Shown: positions 48,618-58,527 of the stretch, piece after piece
Layout: each line of letters begins with the position of its first letter
Numbering within the stretch: the stretch's first letter is position 1
Assembly (NCBI GenBank): GCA_963674735.2
Contig: CAXXQS010000001.1
Span: 128,001 to 192,000, forward strand
Reading direction: 5' to 3'
Origin: Myxococcota bacterium
GTDB taxonomy: Bacteria; Myxococcota_A; SURF-8
DNA: 64,000 nt
Notes under the pieces: model-generated
What the model was told of the DNA's origin: nothing
Database searches by the model: none
What the model saw: the letters and a program-made list of their open reading frames with translations, nothing else
Program-made: the position numbers and the translations under genes

Positions 48618-49952
48618 ATGGAAGCAACGCTCGACACACGCACCCTGCACCTGATTTTCAACTCCCTTCCCATGGGTGTTTTCACCATCGATGGCATGGG
48701 GGTTATTACCGCTTTCAACCAGGCCGCCGAGCGGATCACCGGCTATCGCTGTGAAGAAGCGGTCGGTCGGCGCTGCGATGAAATCTTCCAAGCCAATATC
48801 TGCCAACAGGATTGTCCGCTCAAACAGTCGGTTAGCGGACGTCCGCCGGGGACGGCGCGCGAGGTGCGTATTCTCGCCAAGGATGGGCGGGAGCGCCTGA
48901 TCGAGGTCACCACCGCCGCGCTGGTGGACGACCGGGGCGATATCGTGGGCGGCGTGGAAATGTTTCGCGATCTGGCGCAACTGATCTCCTTGCGCAAACA
49001 GATTGAAAATACGTATGTATTTGAGGATATCGTCAGTAAAAACGCCGGGATGCGGCTTATTCTGGAACGCTTGACGCTTTTCGCGCAAAGCGCCAGTACG
49101 GTGCTGATCGAGGGGGCCAGCGGCACCGGCAAGGAACTGGTGGCGCGTGCCCTGCACAATCTTGGTCCGCGGGTTAAAAAGCCTTTTATTGCGGTGAATT
49201 GCGCGGCATTACCCGAAAACCTGCTTGAGTCGGAATTGTTCGGTTATGCAAAAGGGGCTTTCACCGATGCCAAGGCCAGCAAGCCCGGACGCTTTGCGCT
49301 GGCCGATGGCGGAAGCATCTTCCTGGATGAAATCGGAGACTTATCCCCGGCTATGCAGGTCAAGCTGCTGCGTGTGTTGCAGGAACGCGAGTTCGAGCCG
49401 TTGGGCGCCGTGGAGAGCGTGCATGTGGATGTGCGCGTGATCGCCGCGACGAACTGCAATTTGGCGGAAGCCGTGAAGAATCGTCAGTTTCGCGAAGATC
49501 TGTACTATCGCCTGAACGTCGTTCGCATTGCGTTGCCGCCGCTGGCCGAACGCCGCGACGATATCCCGTTGCTGGTTCAACATTTCATCGACCGCTTTAA
49601 TGCACGGTTTGGACGACGTATCAAGCGCGCCACCGAAGAGGCATTGGCGGTTCTGCTGAATGCGCCATTTCCGGGTAATATCCGCGAGTTGGAAAACGCC
49701 ATCGAGCATGCTTTCGTCGTTTGTGACGGCGACGAAATCGGGTTGCGCCACCTGCCTCCGAACCTCCAAGGCCGCCCCTCCGCCTTGAGCAAGCTGCTTG
49801 CCGAGAGAGAAGCATCCCCGCTGGCCGAAGCCGAGGCCGACGCCATACGACGAGCCGTTGCACAAGGCGCGACGCGCGCCGAAGTGGCCCAAAGGCTCGG
49901 GTTGTCCCGCGCCACACTTTGGCGAAAAATGAAAAAATACAAATTGTTTTAG
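48618..49952 (+). CDS. PAS-domain sigma54 enhancer-binding protein (OrpR-like)
   Basis: PAS with C-x8-C-x3-C, GASGTGKE, ESELFG..KGAFTDA, FLDEIG, Fis-type HTH. Confidence 0.92.
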   Translation: MEATLDTRTLHLIFNSLPMGVFTIDGMGVITAFNQAAERITGYRCEEAVGRRCDEIFQANICQQDCPLKQSVSGRPPGTAREVRILAKDGRERLIEVTTAALVDDRGDIVGGVEMFRDLAQLISLRKQIENTYVFEDIVSKNAGMRLILERLTLFAQSASTVLIEGASGTGKELVARALHNLGPRVKKPFIAVNCAALPENLLESELFGYAKGAFTDAKASKPGRFALADGGSIFLDEIGDLSPAMQVKLLRVLQEREFEPLGAVESVHVDVRVIAATNCNLAEAVKNRQFREDLYYRLNVVRIALPPLAERRDDIPLLVQHFIDRFNARFGRRIKRATEEALAVLLNAPFPGNIRELENAIEHAFVVCDGDEIGLRHLPPNLQGRPSALSKLLAEREASPLAEAEADAIRRAVAQGATRAEVAQRLGLSRATLWRKMKKYKLF

Positions 49953-50045
49953 TCCGGTTGTGGGGGTGGGGGAACCGTGGTCGGTTTTGCTTCGGACGGG
50001 GGTTTCGAATGATGTTTTTTTGGAAAAGAAAGCCATCATTCCGGA

Positions 50046-50062
50046 TTGGCAAGCAATATGCA
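50046..50062 (+). promoter_or_regulatory. sigma54 (-24/-12) promoter of the orp-like operon
   Basis: TTGGCAAGCAATATGCA: GG-N10-GC; adjacent to the EBP gene. Confidence 0.75.
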
Positions 50063-50141
50063 ATCCCTAACCCGCTGCGGAGCGCAAGGTGCGCCACCGT
50101 ATGAACAATTTCTTGCTAGATAATGATTGAAGGAGCTCAGT

Positions 50142-50507
50142 ATGAAAATCGCCATTACCGCCGCGGGCGACGGATGGGAAGCCCCGGTGGACGAGCGTTT
50201 CGGACGCGCGGCCGCCTTTGCCGTGATCGATCTCGATGTCGATCCCCCCAGTTTGACCACGGTTTCCAACGAGCAAAACCGCCAGGCGGCCCAGGGTGCG
50301 GGCATTCAGGCGGCGGACAATGTCGCCAAAAGCGGAGTGGGCATTGTTGTGACCGGTCACGTGGGTCCCAAAGCCTTCCGTGCGTTGGCAGCCGGGAAAA
50401 TAGAAGTGTATACCGGCGTGCGCGGCACCGTGCGTCAGGCCTTTGAAGACTTTCAGGCCGGGAGCTTGAATAAAGCGGCCGGGTCCGATGTGGAGGGACA
50501 CTGGTGA
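50142..50507 (+). CDS. NifB/NifX-family (Orange protein-like) Mo/Fe cluster-binding protein
   Basis: MKIAITA, RFGRA, GAGIQAA, TGHVGPKAF..L, C-terminal VEGHW. Confidence 0.9.
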   Translation: MKIAITAAGDGWEAPVDERFGRAAAFAVIDLDVDPPSLTTVSNEQNRQAAQGAGIQAADNVAKSGVGIVVTGHVGPKAFRALAAGKIEVYTGVRGTVRQAFEDFQAGSLNKAAGSDVEGHW

Positions 50508-51361
50508 GCCGCCTCACGATTGCGGTGGCGTCCGGCAAGGGCGGCACCGGAAAAACCACCGTTGCGGTCTCTTTGGCGCGGGCCCTGGCCGAGGCGGGCG
50601 AGCAGGTGTCGCTGCTCGACGCCGATGTGGAAGAACCCAACGACCACCTGTTTCTCGAAGCGGATAATCTCGATAATCGCGAAGTCAATCGTCCGGTGCC
50701 TGTGGCCGACGAAGACGTCTGCACCGGTTGCGGGGTCTGCCGCGAAGTCTGCGCGTTCAACGCTATCGTGTTGATGGACAGCAAACCGCTGGTTTTCCCC
50801 GAATTATGCCATGGCTGCGGGGCCTGTGTTCTCGAATGTCCCGAGCAATGCATAAGCGAAACCGACCACTTGACCGGTTGGCTGGAGGCGCAGCGAATCG
50901 ACCGACTCGACTTCATGCGCGGGCGCTTGAAAATCGGGGAAGCCATGGCGGTTCCGGTGATCCATGCCCTTCGTAAATACGAACGGGAAGAGGGAATCAC
51001 CGTGATCGATGCTCCGCCGGGAACGAGCTGCCCGGTCATTGCCGCCTCTCGTGGAACGGACTACTTGCTGCTCGTTACCGAACCGACGCCGTTCGGCTTG
51101 AATGATCTGCGGCTGGCGGTCGATCTGTCGCGCGCTCTCAAACTGCCCGCCGGAGTGGTTATCAATCGCTCCGATATGGGCGACAACAAGGTCAAATCCT
51201 TTTGCCAGCGCGAAGGATTGCCCATTCTGATGGAAATTCCCTTCAGTCGCACCATTGCCAGCGCCTACGCGCGCGGACGGACCTTGCTCGATGTGGACGA
51301 GGCCTGGCATGCGCGTATGGTGGAACTGGCCGAAACGGTGCGGAAGGAGGCGGCGCAATGA
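50504..51361 (+). CDS. MinD-superfamily P-loop ATPase with inserted 2x[4Fe-4S] ferredoxin
   Basis: SGKGGTGKTT, DADVEEPN, two CxxCxxCxxxC, DAPPGTSCP, TEPTPFG. Confidence 0.92.
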   Translation: MSRLTIAVASGKGGTGKTTVAVSLARALAEAGEQVSLLDADVEEPNDHLFLEADNLDNREVNRPVPVADEDVCTGCGVCREVCAFNAIVLMDSKPLVFPELCHGCGACVLECPEQCISETDHLTGWLEAQRIDRLDFMRGRLKIGEAMAVPVIHALRKYEREEGITVIDAPPGTSCPVIAASRGTDYLLLVTEPTPFGLNDLRLAVDLSRALKLPAGVVINRSDMGDNKVKSFCQREGLPILMEIPFSRTIASAYARGRTLLDVDEAWHARMVELAETVRKEAAQ

Positions 51362-52236
51362 AACAGATGGTCATTATCAGCGGTAAAGGGGGCACCGGGA
51401 AAACCACGGTGGCAGCCTCCTTCGCCTCCCTCGCCGTGGGCGCGGTTCTGGCGGATGCCGATGTGGATGCCGCCAACCTGCACCTGATTCTCGATCCGGC
51501 GATCAAGGTGAACGAAACCTTCAGTTCGGGGCAGGAAGCCATTATCGATGAAGAAATCTGTACCCGTTGCGGCGAATGCCGTAGTTTGTGCCGTTTCGAC
51601 GCTATTTCCGAAGATTTCAGGATTGATTCGCAGGCTTGTGAAGGCTGCGGACTTTGCGCTCGGCGCTGTCCGGTCGAAGCCATTCACATGAAGCCCTGCA
51701 TTTCGGGGCGTTGGTTTATCTCTGATACCCGCTTCGGACCTTTCGTGCACGCCCGGCTCGGTATCGCCGCCGACAACTCGGGCAAGTTGGTGGCCTTGGT
51801 ACGTGAAAAGGCGCGCGAACTGGGCGAGCAACGCCAGTCCGATTTTCTGATCATCGATGGCGCACCCGGTGTGGGTTGTCCGGTGATCGCTTCCGTGACC
51901 GGTTGCGACCTGGCCCTGGCTGTCACCGAACCCACCCGCAGCGGTTTGCACGACCTGAAACGGGTGATCGAACTGACCCAGCATTTCCGCGTGCCCACTC
52001 TGGTGGCGATCAACAAGGCCGATCTGGACGAAGAGATGAGCGACCAAATCGAAGAATTCTGCCGCGAGAAGCATCTCATGCTGGCGGGCCGCATTCCCTT
52101 CGATCCCAGTGTGGTCAAGGCCATGGTGGCGGGTGAAACCCTGGTGGACTACTCCGCCGGGGCGGCGGCCCAGGCTCTGCGGCGTTTGTGGGAAGTGGTG
52201 AGCGGTGAATTGGCCGGATTGGAGGCGGCTTCGTGA
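51358..52236 (+). CDS. Second MinD-superfamily ATPase with ferredoxin insert
   Basis: SGKGGTGKTT, DADVDAANL, two CxxCxxCxxxC, NSGKLV, GCPVIAS, TEPT.SG; ATG 51358. Confidence 0.92.
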   Translation: MKQMVIISGKGGTGKTTVAASFASLAVGAVLADADVDAANLHLILDPAIKVNETFSSGQEAIIDEEICTRCGECRSLCRFDAISEDFRIDSQACEGCGLCARRCPVEAIHMKPCISGRWFISDTRFGPFVHARLGIAADNSGKLVALVREKARELGEQRQSDFLIIDGAPGVGCPVIASVTGCDLALAVTEPTRSGLHDLKRVIELTQHFRVPTLVAINKADLDEEMSDQIEEFCREKHLMLAGRIPFDPSVVKAMVAGETLVDYSAGAAAQALRRLWEVVSGELAGLEAAS

Positions 52237-52532
52237 GTGTCGGGACGCGCGACAAACTCGGGCTTTCCCTGGATGGCTTCTGCATCGAAACGACAGCCAA
52301 GCAACGGCTGCGCGTCCTCACCGAGCGTTTGCTAAATGGAGAGGAACGTGCCGAAACGATGGCGGAGGCCGAGTTTTTGCGTCAATTTCTGGAAACGGGA
52401 GAATTTTCCGCGCTACGTGCGGATAATCCCGGACTTGACGGCAGCCACCGCTCTGAGGTAACCATTACGCGGGAGGCTTCCGGAGAATTTGCGGTCAGGG
52501 TCGAACGCGACTATGGACCGGCAGGAGGCTAA
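52233..52532 (+). CDS. Hypothetical protein in the orp-like operon
   Basis: GTGA overlap with the upstream stop; GGAGG RBS. Confidence 0.6.
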   Translation: MSVGTRDKLGLSLDGFCIETTAKQRLRVLTERLLNGEERAETMAEAEFLRQFLETGEFSALRADNPGLDGSHRSEVTITREASGEFAVRVERDYGPAGG

Positions 52533-52632
52533 CGGCTTAAAACCCCGGATGAGTGAAAATGATTGGACAAACGGGGTTAAACGGAACCCTGGAACAATAG
52601 ACGGTTAACTTGTAGAGAGAGGATCAGAAATC

Positions 52633-53949
52633 ATGAGCGATCAGCATAACCATAATTGTGGAGGTGGAAGCGGTTGCGGCGGCGGAAGCGGCTGTGGCGG
52701 TGGAAACGGCAGTGGTCAGGGAGATGATGCCCAGCGACCCGATGCCCAGGAAGTGGTAAAAGAACTCATGCTCAAAGAGCGCATGGGCAAAGTGCGCAAC
52801 AAAGTCCTGGTGTTGTCGGGTAAAGGCGGTGTCGGGAAAAGCACCGTGGCCGTCAACCTGGCGCGTTCGCTGGTGCGCAAGGGATTCAAAGTCGGCCTGC
52901 TCGACATCGACGTGCACGGTCCGAGCGTGCCGGTGATGCTGGGGTTGGAGGGCCGCCGCCTGGGCGAAAGCCCCAACGGTATCGCCCCGGTGGAAACGGC
53001 CGGACTCAAGGTCGTGTCGGTGGGCTTCATGCTGCCCGACGATGACAGCCCCGTCATCTGGCGCGGCCCCCTCAAAATGGGACTCATCGAGCAGTTTCTG
53101 CGCGATGTCGAATGGGGCGATCTGGACTTCCTGATCGTCGATGCTCCTCCGGGAACCGGCGACGAGCCGCTGTCGATCGCGCAGTTCCTCCCGGAAGCCT
53201 ATGCGTTGATCGTCACGACTCCGCAACGCGTTTCCACCATGGACGTGCGCAAGTCCATCACCTTCTGCGGCAAGCTCAATCTGGAGGTTTTCGGCCTGGT
53301 GCAGAACATGAACGGCATGGTGTGTCCGCATTGCGGCGAGCACATTCCGGTGTTCCCCATGGGCGAAGCCGAGAAAATGGCGAAGGACATGGGGGTATCG
53401 ATTTTGGCCAGCCTGCCGATCGATCCGGCCGTCTCGGCGGCCGCCGACCACGGTCAACCGTTTGCCGAAAGCGAAACATCGCCGACGTCGGTGGCCATGG
53501 CTCCCCTGGTGGAATCGCTGGTGTCGTTTGCCGAAATGAAGCGGAAAGCGGCCGACGCAAAGGAACTGACGCAGATCGCGGCTGCCGCACCGAAGAAAGC
53601 GGAGGGCAAACTGGTGGCGGCCGTTCCTCTGGCGGACGGCAAGCTGACGGCGCACTTCGGTCACTGCGAAACCTTCGCCTTCGTCACCCTCGACGAAAGC
53701 AGCAAGACGGTTGTCGCCCGGCGCGACCTGGCGCCGCCGCCGCACGAGCCGGGTGTGATTCCGCGTTGGGTGGCCGAACACGGCGCCAACCTAATTTTAG
53801 CCGGTGGCATGGGTAGCAAGGCCCGTGATATTTTCGAGGCCGCCGGGGTGAACGTGGTAACGGGCTGTCCCGAGGACGAACCCGAAGCGCTGATCCTTGC
53901 TTATGTCAACGGAACGCTGGCCACGGGCGAGAATGTGTGCGATCATTAG
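52633..53949 (+). CDS. Mrp/NBP35 (ApbC) Fe-S carrier ATPase fused to a NifB/NifX domain (MrpORP-like)
   Basis: SGKGGVGKST, WRGP, PPGTGD, CPHC; C-terminal HFGHC, GGMG, NVCDH. Confidence 0.92.
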   Translation: MSDQHNHNCGGGSGCGGGSGCGGGNGSGQGDDAQRPDAQEVVKELMLKERMGKVRNKVLVLSGKGGVGKSTVAVNLARSLVRKGFKVGLLDIDVHGPSVPVMLGLEGRRLGESPNGIAPVETAGLKVVSVGFMLPDDDSPVIWRGPLKMGLIEQFLRDVEWGDLDFLIVDAPPGTGDEPLSIAQFLPEAYALIVTTPQRVSTMDVRKSITFCGKLNLEVFGLVQNMNGMVCPHCGEHIPVFPMGEAEKMAKDMGVSILASLPIDPAVSAAADHGQPFAESETSPTSVAMAPLVESLVSFAEMKRKAADAKELTQIAAAAPKKAEGKLVAAVPLADGKLTAHFGHCETFAFVTLDESSKTVVARRDLAPPPHEPGVIPRWVAEHGANLILAGGMGSKARDIFEAAGVNVVTGCPEDEPEALILAYVNGTLATGENVCDH

Positions 53950-53958
53950 CCGATATGT

Positions 53959-53992
53959 CGGCGGACCGGACTGCCGACGGTCCGCCGGTTTT
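53959..53992 (+). terminator. Intrinsic terminator
   Basis: CGGCGGACCG ... CGGTCCGCCG 10-bp stem followed by GTTTT. Confidence 0.65.
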
Positions 53993-54056
53993 AGCATGAC
54001 CGACTCCCAACGTTTCGTGTCATGATGGCTCCGGGTTGCGAAAAATCAAGGTGCGT

Positions 54057-55124
54057 ATGTTTATGAAATGGCACATCGGGGTATGGATCGCGGTCGTTGC
54101 TATCGCACTGCTGGCCGCGGCGTGTGTCGTGAAAGGCCGTTGCCAGAACCAGTCGGATTGCAGCGGGGCGGAAGTGTGCGTGGACGGTCAGTGCCGCCTC
54201 GAATGCACGACCGACGACGACTGTTCCCTCGATCAACAGTGCCTCGATCAACGTTGCATACCCGCCGAAGGCTGTCAGGGCTGCCCGTATCCCGATGCGC
54301 CGCAGGGCCAGGCCGAGTGCGTTCACGGCGAGTGCCGCTTGACGGGTTGCGACGACGGCTGGCTTGATGCGGACGATGACCCGCGTACGGGCTGTGAATG
54401 CGAAATCACGCTCGATGGCGTGGAAGCCTGCGACGGTAAAGATAATGATTGCAACGGCCTGGTGGATGAAGGCTGTTCCTGCTCCCCGACAAACGGCGGG
54501 GTGGAAATCTGTGACGGGGTGGACAACGACTGCGACAACAAAATCGATGAAGATCTGCTCTGCTGCCCGAACGACATGGCGGCGGTTGAGGATCAGTTCT
54601 GTATCGACATCTACGAAGCGTCGCGTCCCGATGCCGGGGCGGCCGACGCGGGAACGGATTCGAGTCGGGCGGTCTCGAAAGAAGGTGTTGCGCCCTGGAC
54701 GATGATCAGCCAGGCCGACGCACAGGATGCCTGCGTGGCTGTCGGAAAACGCTTGTGCAATGCCGCCGAATGGTTTGCCGCCTGCCGGGGACCGTCTGAA
54801 ACGGATTATTGCTATGGCGATGAATATGAGGCGGCCACCTGCAACGGCATCGACGCCTTCTGTGAAAATCCGCAATATGGTTGCGGGCTGGAGGAATATC
54901 CCTTCCGCATGTCTGTCACGGGGGCGTTTTCGGGTTGTACCAACGCTTACGGCGTGTTCGATATCAATGGCAATGTGTGGGAGTGGGACAGCGACCCGGA
55001 AGGTCACGGGCGTGGTGGAGCCTACAATTGTTCCGACTCGCGGGCGTTGCATCTATGTGATTTTCTCAAACGCGACGGCGGAAACCGGGCGACTTCGAAT
55101 GTCGGTTTTCGCTGCTGTCGATAA
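54057..55124 (+). CDS. Cys-rich lipoprotein with CDGxDNDC (MopE-like) repeats and an FGE-sulfatase-like domain
   Basis: Lipobox AAAC; two CDG.DNDC...DE; ID.YE, GKRLC..EW, GVFD.NGNVWEW, GFRCC. Confidence 0.85.
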   Translation: MFMKWHIGVWIAVVAIALLAAACVVKGRCQNQSDCSGAEVCVDGQCRLECTTDDDCSLDQQCLDQRCIPAEGCQGCPYPDAPQGQAECVHGECRLTGCDDGWLDADDDPRTGCECEITLDGVEACDGKDNDCNGLVDEGCSCSPTNGGVEICDGVDNDCDNKIDEDLLCCPNDMAAVEDQFCIDIYEASRPDAGAADAGTDSSRAVSKEGVAPWTMISQADAQDACVAVGKRLCNAAEWFAACRGPSETDYCYGDEYEAATCNGIDAFCENPQYGCGLEEYPFRMSVTGAFSGCTNAYGVFDINGNVWEWDSDPEGHGRGGAYNCSDSRALHLCDFLKRDGGNRATSNVGFRCCR

Positions 55125-55136
55125 ACGGGATAGCCG

Positions 55137-55649
55137 ATGCGGGATGGGAAACAATCGGTCGCTCGATGGCGCGGAAGATGGCGGGTAAGCCTGCTTCGCC
55201 TTGCCGTTTTGCTTTTTCTGCCGAGCGCGATCGGGCTGAGCGTCAATGCCGCCCGTCCCGACTCGTTGGCTTGGGTGGCGGTCGTTCCCTATGAAATATA
55301 CGCCGATTGCCCCGAAACCTATGCCAAGGCCGAACCGATAACCGTTGAAGCGGCGCGTGCCGCACGGAAACGTCTGGTGGTGGATGCGCGGCCCAAGAGC
55401 GAATTCGACGCAGGCCATCTGCCTGATGCGTGGTCGTTGCCTTACGATTCGCTCTTTCCCGTCGCTGCCGAGGACTTGGCACGCATTCGCGATGGGGCGA
55501 CCGGACGGTTGGTGGTGGTGATCGGCAAAGGTATGAATGCCCGCCTGTTGGCGGATGAGTTGGCCGAGGGCGGACTCAAAGGCATTCGCTACCTGGCCGA
55601 TGATCACGATTGGCGCAGTCTGATGAACGGTGGAGGGGGGCAGCCATGA
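55137..55649 (+). CDS. Membrane-anchored rhodanese-like protein
   Basis: VDAR...EF..GHLP.A.SLP; no Cys in the expected active-site loop. Confidence 0.75.
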   Translation: MRDGKQSVARWRGRWRVSLLRLAVLLFLPSAIGLSVNAARPDSLAWVAVVPYEIYADCPETYAKAEPITVEAARAARKRLVVDARPKSEFDAGHLPDAWSLPYDSLFPVAAEDLARIRDGATGRLVVVIGKGMNARLLADELAEGGLKGIRYLADDHDWRSLMNGGGGQP

Positions 55650-56128
55650 CGAGCAAGACTTCGGTTCGTTCCTGGCTGGCGGCTTTGAGCGTTCCGGCGC
55701 GCCTCTATCTGGGGGGCGTGTTTGTGGGCGCAAGCCTGTACAAAATCGCGCTGCCCTATGAATTCGCGTTGTCCATCGCCACGTATCAAATTCTGCCGCT
55801 GGAGGTGATCAATCCCTTCGCCCTCACGCTGCCCTGGATCGAATTGGTCGTGGGAGCGGCGTTGATTCTCGGCTTCTGGACCCGTGAAAGCGCGGTTTTG
55901 ATCAGCGGCATGATGATGATGTTTATCGTGGCGCTTATTCTCGCACTTTCGAAAGATTTGCAGATGTCCTGCGGCTGCTTTGCCTCGCAGGACACCATCG
56001 ATGAAATCGGGCTACATACGGTGTTTCGCGATTTAGGCTGGCTTTTTTTGGGGCTATACGTCTGGATTGCGGACGATGGGCGTTTCGGTTTGGACCGCTG
56101 GCTGACACGAAGGAGACAGCATGTTTAG
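55646..56128 (+). CDS. MauE/DoxX family membrane protein
   Basis: R..LG.VF..A...K, LPWIEL..G, SCGCF, RD; ATG 55646. Confidence 0.9.
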   Translation: MTSKTSVRSWLAALSVPARLYLGGVFVGASLYKIALPYEFALSIATYQILPLEVINPFALTLPWIELVVGAALILGFWTRESAVLISGMMMMFIVALILALSKDLQMSCGCFASQDTIDEIGLHTVFRDLGWLFLGLYVWIADDGRFGLDRWLTRRRQHV

Positions 56129-56984
56129 ACGACTGGCGATACTCGGTTGCATGATTTGGTTTGTCGCGGCGTTCTCGGTGGCGCAAGCGGCGCAGCCGGA
56201 TGTCCCCTGGGAACGTCTCACCGGAAGCGATCGGCTCAACGACACTCAAAAGGCGGTGGTGAAACGCGTACTCGAACAAGCCGATAGTTACGCGGGATGC
56301 TCCGACAAACTGATCGTCTGTTTGAGCGATAAACCGGTGGAAAAAGCGGTTATGCGTCAGGCCAATTTCGTGCTGCGGCGCGCGCTGTTGGGTCGTGGGG
56401 CAGCGGATGTTTTGAAAGACCTGGAAGCACGCGCCTTGTCGGCCTATCCGCCCCTACGCTACAAACCCGATCTGGAGGGGCTGACGCCGTCGGGCGATCC
56501 CAATTCCTTGATCAAGGTCGTGGTGTACGCGGATTTTCAGTGCCCCTACTGCAATATCGCGGGCCCGGCGCTACGGCGCATCAGCTTGGAGAACCCCGGT
56601 TTGATCGCGTATTACTATAAAAATTTCCCCGTCAAATCGCATCCGCGCGGTCTTGAAGCCGCCATGGCGCTGTTGGCCGCCGACCGGCAGGGTAAGTTCT
56701 GGGAAGCCCACGATAAGCTGTTCAAGGAAGACGAATTCCTCGGGAAAGACCTCGAACGTTATGCGGCTGAGTTGGGTCTCGATATGGCGCGCTTCAACAA
56801 AGATCGCCTGGACGACACCCTCATGACGCGCATTCGCAAGGAAAAGGAAGAAGGCCTGCTGTACGGCATGATCGGGACACCCGGGATTTTCATCAATGGC
56901 AAATTTTACAAGGGTAGTAAAAGCTACGAGGAATTGCTGGACTTCCTTATGGAAGAGAAGGATATCATTCGTGGTGAGCCGTAA
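56121..56984 (+). CDS. DsbA-family thioredoxin-fold protein
   Basis: Signal peptide, ADFQCPYC, FP...H, GKFWE.H, GTP..FING. Confidence 0.92.
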   Translation: MFRRLAILGCMIWFVAAFSVAQAAQPDVPWERLTGSDRLNDTQKAVVKRVLEQADSYAGCSDKLIVCLSDKPVEKAVMRQANFVLRRALLGRGAADVLKDLEARALSAYPPLRYKPDLEGLTPSGDPNSLIKVVVYADFQCPYCNIAGPALRRISLENPGLIAYYYKNFPVKSHPRGLEAAMALLAADRQGKFWEAHDKLFKEDEFLGKDLERYAAELGLDMARFNKDRLDDTLMTRIRKEKEEGLLYGMIGTPGIFINGKFYKGSKSYEELLDFLMEEKDIIRGEP

Positions 56985-58527
56985 CTCCCTTATCGCTATC
57001 GGGATTGTATGGCTGGGCTTGCTTTGTCCGGGTGTCGTTTGTGCGGCGGGTTGCCTGGTGGGTGTGACCGACGGCCTGGAACTGGAGCGTGGCGGACAAA
57101 ACGAGGCGGCGCGAGCGGCTTATACCCGAGCCGTCGAAAACGATTCGACCTGTGCGGCGGCTTTTGTGGCTTTGGGACGTTTGGCGGTGGCGGCGAACGA
57201 CTGGCGCGCGGCCGAGCGCGCGTTGGCGAAAGCGCGGCGGCTTCTTCCTGAGGATGGGGCGCTGGGTTTGCGGCTGGCGGAAGCCTATCTGGCCCAGGAT
57301 AAATATACGTGGGCGGTGCGCACGTTGTCGGGGCTGAAGGGCCGCTTGTCCGATGACTTGGAAGCCCACCGTCGTTATCTTCTAGGTGTCGCGGCGATCA
57401 AGATGGGGGATGCCACGGCCGCCGACGAGCACTTCGCGGCCATTCCCGAAACGCGGCGCGAGACCTATCCGCAATTGGCTTACTATGAAGGCTTGTCGCT
57501 GGTCGAGCGTCAGCAGCCTGTTGTGGCGCGCGACCGGTTGGAATCCTTTTTAAGCGAAGAAGGGCGGGACCGCGCCTTCGATCCGGCGGCGCGTTTGTTT
57601 CTCGAACGTACCTACGCCGTTCAGGAACGCGACCCGCTGATTGCCGCCTCGTTGACGGCCTCGCCGATGTACGACAGCAATGTGTTGCAGCAACCCGACG
57701 ACCAGGCCGAGGCGGGCGAAAGTCCGGCATCTTTCGGGCTGTTGTTGCACGGGGCTCTGAGCGTCAATGCGTTGCGCTTGAGCCGTCACCGTCTCGGGGT
57801 CGATCTGTCGCTCACGCGCAGCTTCTACTTCGAGCAGCCTGCCGCCGATTATGCCTATACCGGGGCCAAGTTAATGCCTCGTTACCGTTTGCGTTTTCGC
57901 GGATTCGGTACGGACCAGGAACTGCACGTCGGCTATATCGGGATGGTGAGCTTTCTGGATGGCGGGGGCTTGAGCCGTGACGAAGAAAACAGCATTTATG
58001 TCTATTCCGAGTCTCACCGCGGGTTTGCCCGTTGGGTGGTGGCGGAACGCGGTTTCGGTGAAACGGCTTTGCACGTCAGTTCGGGACGGACTTTGTTTCA
58101 TCAACAGGGGCGCGACAATTGGGGGGTAAACGGTGCGTTGGGGCAGACATTTCTGCTCTCGGGTGATGAAATCAAATTATTTGTCGAAGCGTTGGGCCGC
58201 TATGAAAAAGCGCGTCGCAGCGATTACAGCCGTTGGGGTGCGGGAGCTTTTTTGGGCGTGTCGGCCATGTTGCCTTGGGATGTGAATGTGTCCGCTGCCG
58301 TTCGCTACGAGCATCTGCGCCACTTCGATTCCGCCGAAAGCCTGACCTGGACCGATTCGCGCCGCGATAATCTGTCGAGTGTCACTTTGGCGGCGATGCG
58401 GAGTTTCCTCGATCACTTGGATGTCGGGGTCAGCTATACCGCCACTCGCAATTTATCGAGCCTGGATATCTTCGACTACACACGCCATACGGTGGCGCTG
58501 ACGTTACGCGGGAGGGGCACATGGTGA
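56971..58527 (+). CDS. TPR protein with C-terminal outer-membrane beta-barrel
   Basis: Signal peptide, TPR helices, YDSNV motif, alternating beta-strands, terminal W; start uncertain. Confidence 0.7.
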   Translation: MVSRNSLIAIGIVWLGLLCPGVVCAAGCLVGVTDGLELERGGQNEAARAAYTRAVENDSTCAAAFVALGRLAVAANDWRAAERALAKARRLLPEDGALGLRLAEAYLAQDKYTWAVRTLSGLKGRLSDDLEAHRRYLLGVAAIKMGDATAADEHFAAIPETRRETYPQLAYYEGLSLVERQQPVVARDRLESFLSEEGRDRAFDPAARLFLERTYAVQERDPLIAASLTASPMYDSNVLQQPDDQAEAGESPASFGLLLHGALSVNALRLSRHRLGVDLSLTRSFYFEQPAADYAYTGAKLMPRYRLRFRGFGTDQELHVGYIGMVSFLDGGGLSRDEENSIYVYSESHRGFARWVVAERGFGETALHVSSGRTLFHQQGRDNWGVNGALGQTFLLSGDEIKLFVEALGRYEKARRSDYSRWGAGAFLGVSAMLPWDVNVSAAVRYEHLRHFDSAESLTWTDSRRDNLSSVTLAAMRSFLDHLDVGVSYTATRNLSSLDIFDYTRHTVALTLRGRGTW

